Positions 53,983-64,000 of a stretch of DNA of 64,000 nt are shown here, in pieces; positions within the stretch are counted from its first letter, which is position 1, and the number at the start of each line of letters is the position of its first letter. The notes beneath the pieces were generated by a model. The model saw only the letters and a list, made by a program, of their open reading frames with translations, was not told the origin of the DNA and made no database searches. The DNA lies in assembly GCA_028534125.1 (NCBI GenBank), contig CM052817.1:55492001-55556000 (forward strand), in the 5' to 3' direction. This DNA is from Lama glama (Eukaryota). Made by a program: the position numbers and the translations under genes.

Positions 53983-54602
53983 TGTTAGCGAACCAAACTT
54001 GGGTCCACTTGCCTGTGCACAGTAAAGCCAATCTACTGACACTGGATGGTGGTGAAGGAAAGTGCAGTGTTTATTGCAGGGCCCAAGCAAGGAGTGCAGA
54101 CAGCTAGTGTTCAAAAGACTCTAGCGCCCTGAAAGCTTTCAGGGAAAGGTTTTTAAAGACAGGATGAGGGAGGAGGGTTGTGGCTGCATGATCAGCTTGT
54201 GGGCATTCATCTGATTGTTTTATAATGAGGTAGTTGGGAGTCAACATCATCAACCTTATGGTTCCAACCAGTCTGGGGTGTACATGCTTGAAGGCGGCAT
54301 GCAATTAACTCTTCCATATGGTGGGGGTTTCAGATTCCGCAAAATGGTTGAAGGGACATGGCTCAGAATGTAGGCCCTTGAGGAGGAAGAAAAGATCCTT
54401 GACTATGTTTAATGGCTAAACTAACATTATTTTGTCTTGCTTGACTGTTTTCCTCTCATTTTGCATTTTCTTACTTCTCTGATTAAATGTACTCTTTGGA
54501 ACTTGGGAAAGGCCTAGGTGATTAAAGTTTTTCTACAGACAAGAGGCAGGCAGGCGGAGGACAAGGTAGGTGGTCTGTCCTGGGAAGGCCTGCTCAGTTA
54601 CA
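53983..54602 (-). mobile_element. Complete ERV1-type solo LTR with 4-bp TSD
   Basis: tgttagcgaacc ... cctgctcagttaca, with TSD GTAA at 53979-53982 and 54603-54606, and a minus-strand AATAAA near 54072. Confidence 0.92.
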
Positions 54603-54909
54603 GTAACAATCTACCTCAGAAGGGGTTTGCTTTTGCCTGAAATATGCCTTGCAGTGTCCAAAATTTACTCACATGGACCTTGACCATATAACTATTCCAA
54701 AAAATATTACACTATTTCATGACTTTCAAAATACTAAGCTAGAAAGAGCTAGAGCATAGAAATTGGTAGGTACACTGAATGTCTTTGTAGTCACACATGT
54801 GCAAAGAGGGTTAAAGATAAATTACTTGAACTTACAGAGACCCACTGCACTAATAAATTCTTATGTTACCCAGTACGCTCTGGCCGTTTTGTAATGTTCT
54901 CTCAAAATT

Positions 54910-55056
54910 TGTTTCTTTTCAATTATTTTGGCTTTATTTTGGAGGAAGGAGATAATTAGGTTTATATATTTATTTTTAATGGAGGTACTGGGAATTCAAC
55001 CCAGGACCTCATGCATGCTAGGCATGTACTCTACTACTGAGCTTATAGCTCCCTTC
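54910..55056 (-). mobile_element. Camelid tRNA-derived SINE (vic-1-like)
   Basis: gataattaggttta..aatggaggtactgggaattcaacccaggacctc..ctactactgagct. TSD tctctcaaaatt at 54898-54909 and 55057-55068. Confidence 0.9.
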
Positions 55057-58000
55057 TCTCTCAAAATTAAAGGAAAAAGTATACGCCTTCTATATGTTCT
55101 TACTAAATAAGATACTACCTCTAGTATCTTCTAATTCACTTGCCAGTTTTCAGTGAGCCCTAGGGCAAGGGAAGAGTATCTGTTGCATGCTTCAGTACAA
55201 AAGATCCTTCCAGTTGGCTCTTAAGGCTTTGCATAATCAATTGTCCTAGAGAATGCAGTAGCAGACAGAGATGCAATATCGATTCTCAAAAAAAAAAAAA
55301 GTGCAAAAAACAAAGTCATAGCATTAGTTCTTTACTTTTGTGGGCAAAGCCATGCTTTTTGTTTTTTGGGTTTTTTTCCAGAAGTAACTCTTGTTTTGAG
55401 AATATTTCTCCTCTCAGCGATACTAAACAAACAAAAATAAACAAACAAATAAATAGAAGTTCTCCCTCTAGTAGCCCCAAAGACTCTATTACATTATTCA
55501 CTGTATTTTAGGATATGAACTGTTTCAATTAACCATTCCTGAATCCTAAATGCCCCTGGAGCTGGAGTGGAGTATAGAACCACCTGTCTCAAATGAAAGC
55601 CAAATCAAACATGGAAGCAGTTTAATATTAGCAAAAGAAAAAGAAAAAGTAGAAATAAAAAATTCATCTCAGGTTTCCATTTACCTGTCATCACAATTTC
55701 TCTGATTGGTGAGATCCAGAATTGCATCTGGAGATTCAAAATTGTGTCTGAAGTAAGAGCATGTCTTTGTCTTTAAGGTGAAAGGTAAGTCAACTCTTTG
55801 ATATGCACTCAGCATACTAAATATTGAAATAAAATTGCTACCCACTTTCCACACTCTGCATAACTCTTGGTCATGCTATTATTATTTTTCCAGGTAAATG
55901 AGAAACATTGTTCATATCTGTTCCTTTTTTATCATTTTTTAAATCTCTGTGCTCTTGAGCTCCCTCCTCTGAGTGGTGTGGAATGATAATGAGGGGTCTT
56001 GTCCTCACCCTGGCACATATTTTAGGATGATTTGATGGGGATCTGAACACATTTTGTGATTCCAAGCAGAAAAGATTTCCTTTTCATACAGCAGTCACAG
56101 CATTTAATTGATAATATGTCTTTTATATTTCATTTTTCTGACTTCTTACTATATTTTATCTTTAATTCAGGTGGCTTTTTTACTTATGAATTACTATGAG
56201 TAGGGTATAGCAATATAGATAGAAGGAATACAAAGGAGGCTAAACCTAGGCATAAGGTTTAAAAATTTCGTCACTTCACTGGACTTTCATAGCAAATAAG
56301 ATGGCAACTCTTTTGATTATAATTATAATTGTGTTAATTATATGTCCAAATTTTTCTAAAATCCAAAATCAATAAATATTGTGAGCCTGATAAGACAGCT
56401 TCACTTTAACTTACTATTTCAAAGACCTTTTCTTATAGCTTTCTAAAGTATAATTTTTGTTTGTGAAAAACATAAAATCCCACAGTCTTCGCAAACACTA
56501 TCAGCATGATTGCAGTGCATGGTCAATTTAACAGAGTAACCTGAAATTGTTCACTGAGGGTATGATTCTTTTTCCAAGGGTGTAAGAGTGCAGGATGTAA
56601 ACAGGATGAACAGGATCTCCCTACTTTCGTGTATTTTTACCGTGAGAATACGTTATATTATATACGAAATCAGGCATATCCACGGACTGAGGTGAAAGCT
56701 AACAGGAAATATAAAAATAAGAAAACAACACTGAAAAATAACAGGAACCTTGGTGGTATTGTGTAACATTTATTTTAAAGATGAAGACACACTCTAGATT
56801 GATTTTAATAGCTAGGAGCAGGGCATGAGGAGAAGTGGCAGGAGATTAGCAGGAAGGAAGTAACTGTTTATGAAGACCTAAAGGACATAGACTTAATCTT
56901 CCTTATTCCACTTAATTTTCTCAGCAACATTTTATTCAATATTTATTTCATGCAGGCTAAAGCTGTGTTAAATAACTTCCAAAAAAGTTTTAGAGTTCGA
57001 GTGGTCAGAACTGAGAAAGAAGTGAATGCATTATTGTTTTCACGGCTAGCACCAAAATTCCTTTCGAAGGAAATTTTCTTGTTGCGGAAGATGTTTTTAT
57101 AGACCGATCAGCGTAGAAGACATGGACTTTGGAAACAGGTGAACGTGGGAGCTCCAATCACAAAAGAAAAAACACTTAAAAAATTCTTTTCATTAAAAAA
57201 AAAAAAATTGAGGAGCCATTATTTTGGTTTCCTCATGAAAGTGAGATCAAAAACAGATGAAAAAAGTAAGCAAAAATTGAAACCAGAGAGTTTTGTAATA
57301 TTGGGCTCTAAATGAGTGAAAAATCCAAAGATGACCCTGGATAGATAAAGAAACTTTAAAGAACAAGAATTCTGAGTGCAAAGCAGTCTGCTTTGTGTTT
57401 CTCAGATCCTCAGTTGCGACTGATGAAAACCTGGTCAAGAGAGTTTTGTGGCTGTAGTTGTTTGGTGAGATTTGAACATTGGTCTGGTTTTCAAACCGGA
57501 AAGACATTGTGCAAAGCAGGCACACATATGTGGGGGGAAAAAAAGCCTTGGGTTTGAGCTCTCTTGGTTTTTCACAGAATTTGTTCTTCTTGTAAATTTA
57601 CCTAGATGTTAAGATTGAGAAAAAGTCATCTAACACCTCTCTCATTTGACTTGTTTTCTAAGCTGTTCAGTAAATAACTTACAGAAAAACATGATTTAGG
57701 TAAATTTGATCTAAAATATTGCTACGAAAACTTTTGAAAATTTAGAGTGAATTAGTGATGATAAATATATAAATTTTAAAGAAAGAAAATTATGCAGTTC
57801 TATTTGTTTAAAATATGTATTTTAAATTAGTGTTTCTAAGTAAAGACTATGTCAGCTTGTTTAAATAAATAGATAAAATAAATTTGTAATTAGGAGCATC
57901 TGTTTGGTTATAAACACACATATGTTATAGCCCATAAACTGAGATTATTCTCTTAAGTAACATATTCCCTATAGTACTTCTTACAATTTGAGTCTGTTTA

Positions 58001-58177
58001 GAAAAACAGCTTTCGAAAATATATGTTGAGATGTTCTGCATTATATAATGGTTAAGACAACAGGATATATATTCAGGAGAATATGGTTCAAATCCTAGCT
58101 AAGCCACCTTAAATATGTGTGGATCTGGGCAAATTAATTATCTTCTCTGAACCTTTGAGGCCTCTTCGAAACAATGG

Positions 58178-58732
58178 TGCTTTAGCTATCCAGCTCTAGG
58201 TAGTGAACCACACCAAGCTTAGAGGTAAAAGCGATAATCATGTTCATATGCTCACTATTCTATGCAAGAGGAATTTGGTCCTGGCACAAGGGGATTGTGG
58301 TCTCTGATTCACAATATCTGGGGCCTGTCCTCTGGCTTTCGACTGGGCTCTGATGGTTCTTTCCTGACCATGCCTGCCACCTTCATGCTCTTGGACTCTC
58401 TTTCTCCATGTAGCTTCTCATCCTTCAGGGTCTTCCTTAGTTGCTTGAGCTTTTCATAGTACAGTGGTTTCAGATGTTCCTACGTCTTACATGGTGACAG
58501 GTTCCTGAGAGACAGGCAGTAGAAACTGCCAAGCCAGTTAAGGTCTATAAGAAATGGTACAGTGCTGCTCCCACTGCGCTGTTTATGAAATAAGTCACAG
58601 GGCCCCACCGGAGTCAAGGGAGTAAAGAATAGACTGGACAGTTTGATGAGGAGTGGAGAAGTCTCACTGCAAAATAGCAAGTCCAAAAGGAGGTATGGTT
58701 CTTGCTATTTTTAAGAAATACAATGTGTCACA
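58178..58732 (-). mobile_element. MLT1F/G-like LTR inserted into a MIR (MIR halves ~58045-58177 and ~58733-58830)
   Basis: ctcactattctatgcaagaggaatttgg, gcagtagaaactgc and aaatacaatgtgtcaca. MIR motifs gggcaaattaattatcttctctga and gggataatgatgcctac flank it. Confidence 0.75.
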
Positions 58733-60684
58733 TGGGATAATGATGCCTACATTATGAGGACTTTGTGAAGTTTAAAAGGTGTATCAGGGTCTGGAACACA
58801 CCAAGCACTCCATGAATGATGGCAGTTTTATTACACTGAATAGCTCAGTTTGGATTATCTTAAATTCTCAAATAGTGAAATTGAAATTAGGACTATTTGA
58901 AAATTAGTGTGATTTGACTGTAGTGCTAAATCAAAGTGAAAAGATAATTAAAATAATAGAAGTCTAGTATAAAATACATAAACCCTCAGTACAATTTTTA
59001 AAATTACTCTTATAAATGGCATGCATTAACACCATCAATTCTTCTTGGTGGTTGTTCTGATCTCCCCAAGAAAGCAGGGGAGTGGGCGGTTTTGAGGCTC
59101 ACCTGCCTGGGAATTTGTTGAAGGGTCAGGAGATACCTTGCAAAGGGCAAGATTTCTATCAGAGAAAACTCAGAATGATGAGAAACAAGGGATTGGGAAA
59201 TCCAAAGCCCTTTGGGAAATGCCAGTTTTAGTTTTTATTATAGCAAATTCCACATGCCAGTGATAAGAGGCAGAATTGAAGTAGGTGCCCATGTTTGGAG
59301 CTGGCTTAAATTAGGTCTAGATATAGACTGGTTGGCAGTGGTGGTGGTGGCAATGGTGGGGCGATGGTCATAAATAACACTGAGCCTTCAAACTTACTTT
59401 CTTTGATTGAAGATATATTTCTCTCCCAGTTTTAAAATGAGCAACTGAGTCTAGTGCAAGATATGGGAAGGCAACCTTAGCTGAAATAAATATTGGGAAG
59501 AATAATAGCCGCAGGTTTTAGCCTCTCCTGTTCATTAATATTAGACACACTGTTCCTTTCAGTTTGGGTTTATTTTTGTGATGTCTTTGATAACTTGTCA
59601 ACGGGACACCAAGCTGAAAGATCAAAAAAGTAATGTGACTAATGTGAACTGTTCTAACTTAACAAAGATGGAAATGATTGGAGTATGTTTACCTCTCTCT
59701 TTGTCTGGTAAATCTGGGTATAGAAAGAGTATTTTCAGGAGCATGAGTCACATTTTTATTTATATCAGCACCTACGTTTTTTCTTGCGTTGGCTTGCCAC
59801 AGACTTGGGGAAGTAAAGCATTATTTGTTTCCAGTTTGGTGCTAATGTACATGACTAATGCACTAATAAATATTGCAAGCAGATCAATTGCACTTCCTAA
59901 TAGTAAGGTGAACAGCAATAGCTTTTTATGCAGGATCATAGGAGATTGAGCACTAAACCTGAAAAGGGATGATTCTAACCCTGACATTTCATTATTTCTT
60001 GGGATTTGTGCATCTCCCTTAATGTACAGTTAATGTAATTTGAGGTTATGAATCTTTTTTATGGTCTTCCTTTATACCCTTAAAGTAACAAATCTCAAGT
60101 TTTGACTCTAGCAGAAAACATTCACAGAATTCTGACTAGGAAACTAAACACTGAGAAATTTTCATTCTTTCCTGGGGAGAATGTATAAATCCTATTTATT
60201 TTTCATTGGAATATATACTTTGGGTAAATAATGTCTGACATGTATTTGTTGCTAATAAAATTCTCAGAATCTGTCCCATTCAGTTCATTGTTTCTGCCAG
60301 GGAAGCATGGGGTGAAAGAAAGAAGAAACAATGGAAATATTGGTTTTAGCAGTAAATGCAATGTGATTGATCATCCCAGGACTCTCTGTGCCCACTGAGT
60401 TGTGTTCCCAGCATCATTTTAAAATACCTCCGCACCTTATGTGACCAATCCTGTAAGGAAGCCAAGAAAGAATGGATTCTCTTTGGAGGTTTTGAAACAT
60501 ATACAAAGGAGCATTTTGCACTCATTTCAAATCTGAATGATACTAAAATTTTCTTCAGAAAAAAATCACTCTCCTACACAAATATTTTTCCCGGTGCGAT
60601 ATGGATTTATTGACATTTTAGGAAACATATCTGTGTGTGTTGTGTGTTTAACCACTAAGTAAAAATGTTCCTTTGAGCATCATC

Positions 60685-61090
60685 ATTGTTCAAATGCATG
60701 AACCAAAGATCAGAAGAGACATTCTCACACTCAAGCCAAGTCAATTTGTTTAGCTATCTGCAGCAGAGGACAACACATACCAGGAAAAATTGGGGTTACC
60801 TTAGCAAGGGGAAGATGAGAGGACTTCCGTGATTTGGGGTTTTACATTCAGTAATTTTATGAAGAAATTAGACAAGTAGGGACCAAGCCTGGATTGGATA
60901 CTGTCAGAAGGTGGGGGAAATGTGTTGATCTGATGTTTTAACCACTTTTACTCAGGAGGAAGGAGGATTAAGTCAAGGCAAGGCGTGGCATTGGTAGAAG
61001 CGCAAAAGCAGTCATTGCTCAGAAGGAGGGGATTAGTCATGTTTGCAGTTACATTATGGCCTTGAATGTGTCCTATGAGAAACAATGTTT
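60685..61090 (-). mobile_element. Old ERV LTR fragment (LTR78-like, uncertain)
   Basis: tgaaccaaag..cacactcaagccaagtcaatttgtttag..gcagcagaggacaacacatacc is typical of an LTR U5/R region read antisense. Confidence 0.45.
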
Positions 61091-62129
61091 ATGTTCTAAT
61101 GATGTGATTCTCAGCAGGGCTGATTTTCACTTAACTCATTATGCTGGAAAAATACAGAAGAACTTTTAGCCCACACTTTATCTTTTTCAGAGGTATGCAT
61201 TTATCAGGGTTTCAAAATTCTTAAGAAAATCAGTATCAGAAATGAATCTATTAGAACAGTTAGACCAAAACTACTTTAGATAGATGGTTGATAAATAGAT
61301 ATAGAATAGATAGATGTATAACATAAAATATATATCTTTATATAAGTATTGTATAGATATAATAGACTTAGGTCATATGTAACCTAACAAATCATCTACA
61401 TAAATTTGAGTCAAGCTGTAAGCAAGGTATTTGCAGTTACAATGAGATTTATTGTTATAATACTGCAGAGATCCCCAGGACAATAGTTTGCTGCACGATT
61501 CAGCCTCTGTATTTATAGGGATTTGTTTTAGAGTGTTGACAGGTATAAAATACTGTTAATCCTAAACCCAGGAATAAGGAAGTTTAATGTTGAGCCTCAG
61601 GAATTGCATTAAATAAAATAACCCAAAGGACAATTTGAAACTTCCTATAGAGAGGAAACCAAGAGAAGATATATAGGGACTCCAACTCCATCTGCTTTGA
61701 TCAGTCCTCACAGAGACACATATAATAATATCAGACGTTTCGTATGGACTCAGATACCACTGTCCTCTTCCTGTCTTGTCCTTTCTCTGCTCACCCATTT
61801 TTCAAATTTCTTTCGTCCTTAGTGTTCAGATCCTGCAACTATTACAATTTGACAAAGAGAAGTATGTCTGAGGCTGTGATAGTTAACATATTGAATATAT
61901 TTTAAAAGGAGAGAGAGAGAAAGAGAAAGAACAGTATTAAAATATCATCATGATACAGGGTCATTCCAAACAGAGGTCCAGGATTGCAAGAAAATATCTG
62001 CTTTTGCTCACCATTAGAACATCAGTATCTAGTACAGTGCCTGATATGATGTGGTATTCAAAATATTTGTGATGTGAGTGAAAAGATCCATAATGAAGAG
62101 TTATGATTTATGACACATTATCTAGGTTA

Positions 62130-62475
62130 GGTGTCATAATAGTGTGCTACACAGAGCAGTGATAACAGTCCCCCCAAATCTCAGTGATTTATAAAAAGAA
62201 GGGTTAGTTTCTCACACATTCTACATAACTGTCATGGGCTGGCTGTAGATCTATTTTGCATTGGCAGCTTTTGGAAATTAGGCTAATGGAAGAACTTCTG
62301 TCCTGGAAAATTGCTAACTGATAAGATAGAGGGAAAAAATACCAGTACTTAAAATTTTCTGCCACATTTCATCGACCAAATCAAGTCATAAGACCAAAAC
62401 TAACAAGGTGGAAAAGAGTAATAGTACCTCAGAAAAGGCAGAAACTATTTGTGAGTGATTATATAATTTTCCATA
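62130..62475 (-). mobile_element. MLT1I/J-like LTR
   Basis: aacagtccccccaaatctcagtgattta, tttctcacaca and ccacatttcatcgaccaaatcaagtcat. Confidence 0.7.
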
Positions 62476-63728
62476 TTTGTCCTAACTACTACTAAAAGTA
62501 TTTGAAAAAAATCAGAGACACATAAGATTTTGGTCCTAAAAAGATGATCCCTAGAAAGTCATTTTAAGATTTATCTTAATACTTTCAATTGCCCTGTGAT
62601 GAGAAAAGCTAAAAGATCCTAAGCAGGCATTAATAAATTAAAACAGGATTCTTTTAAACTGTGTATAATCAGTTGCATAAGTCAATTTGGGATTTAGACC
62701 TTTTTTTACATTTACAGAAATAAATTACATGATCCTTTCTATATGCCTTGTGAAGATATACTAGTAAGAACGACAGAGTTCCAAAACTTGAAATTTTGAA
62801 GAAATTTTTTGAGGGAAGGAAACACAGCTATTTGAGAGATTGAAAACACAGCTGTCCCACAGATAACCTATTTGGAGTGCATATAGTTCAAAGAAGCTGC
62901 TGTGTATTACTAACACAAGTACCTCCTAACACGTGAAGCATGACAGCCTGTTGGGGCATCAGTAAAATTACTGTGAGTCTGACACATTCAATAAAAACCT
63001 TTCAGTCTTTCATAACTACAAGTGGTTGAGAATAAAGTTTTAACCAATTTGGATTTTTTTATTCTTGCTGCCAGTAGCAGTCATATTCCCAATAGGCAAT
63101 TTCATTGGTGACACTTGTATTGAAGTATGAGAATGTCAACGAAAGTTCTTTTAGATGAACATCATTGACAATGTATTTGACTATTATTATAATTTACCAA
63201 TTCAAAGAGAATGCATTTATGATCCTTTTCTTACTGTTCACAATAAAAATGTTGTGTTAAATAGCTGCCTATCTCTAAATCATGTTCATCCTTAAAGACC
63301 TTAAGAAGCCACCTTTTTTACATAACATTCTTTACATTTATTCTAAATCCCATTGATCTCTGTTTTTCTGCACAGACAGCGCTTTGGTGTGTAGACTACT
63401 GATTTGTTATTTAATAATGTGCACCAGCTGGAATTGTTCCCAGGGTAACCTTGTGTCTACAAAAATTGTTTTTACTCTTGCCATCTTTATCCACACTGGT
63501 TAGTGTTAGCAGTTGTAGAGAGAGCAGCCACCAAAACCTTATCACCTACTATAAGCAATTCGCTACTCTAGACCTTTGATTTCATTAATTACTAATAAAT
63601 CCCATTGAGACTTACAGTTCCAATCATGGATCTAATCTCTTGTAATATAGAGGTGAGCAATATTGACAGAGCCTTTATATTTATATTTAATATTAATATT
63701 TAATAGGCACAACAGCTTTGTAAGATTG

Positions 63729-63730
<2 letters not shown>

Positions 63731-63763
<33 letters not shown>
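63731..63763. repeat. (ATT)n microsatellite
   Basis: Read directly. It explains the poly-Asn run in ORF 63632-63838. Confidence 0.95.
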
Positions 63764-64000
63764 TTGTAGATGAGAGAAATAAGTTGAATAAGTAGGGCAG
63801 GAGTGAGCAACTTTCTCAGGTGAAGCTCTTCTAAGCATCGGAGTGTATTAGTTTGCTCCGGCCGCCATGACAGTTTGCTTTCTCACTTTGTTAATGTTGG
63901 TTGACTGCAGTCTCCCTTTTCATCTTTTCCACTTCTACATGATTTACTGCACATGGCCTGTGAGTCTCTTCCTCAAGAAAATTGTTTTCTCCTTTACTTT

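Larger units (their letters stand above)
53700..55275 (+). mobile_element. Decayed ERVL pol (reverse transcriptase) fossil, split by an LTR and a SINE
   Basis: Collinear resemblance to ERVL pol DNA: aacttgaaagatg, agcaaattattccagtccctagcatctagtattcagttatt, cagaaggggtttgctttt, gaccttgacc..ttccaaaaaatattacacta, gccagttttcagtgagccc and cagtagcagacagagatgc. No ORF remains. Confidence 0.7.

Noticed and set aside
45145..54602. Full-length provirus bounded by two LTRs (provirus-like spacing)
   Set aside because: The LTRs are inverted and diverged, the second has its own TSD, and the interior is L1/SINE/MIR/unique DNA.
59578..59949. Longest ORF (123 aa)
   Set aside because: GTG start, no recognisable domain, and a length plausible by chance in 64 kb.

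Overview
AT-rich, CpG-poor mammalian non-coding DNA, either intergenic or deep intronic. Three tRNA-derived vic-1-type SINEs and lineage-specific L1 3' ends point to a camelid (alpaca/llama/camel). I recognise no protein-coding gene, RNA gene, NUMT or prokaryote-type system. The ORFs in the track are L1 ORF2 C-terminal remnants or chance ORFs. The window is a layered record of transposons: old L1M, L2, MIR, MLT1, LTR16, MER58 and an ERVL pol fossil, plus younger ERV1 solo LTRs, camelid L1s and SINEs, several with readable target-site duplications (TSDs). The best-supported unusual item is an L1-mediated 3' transduction at 28416-28738: a 93-bp non-L1 tag with its own ATTAAA and second A-tail, inside a perfect 16-bp TSD. 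Weaker leads are repeat-free, motif-rich blocks (~20 kb, ~59.7 kb), a CpG-enriched patch (~57 kb) and a few candidate exons. I found no novel biological system that I can support. Repeat family names come from recalled consensus resemblance, not a database search, and boundaries without TSDs are approximate.
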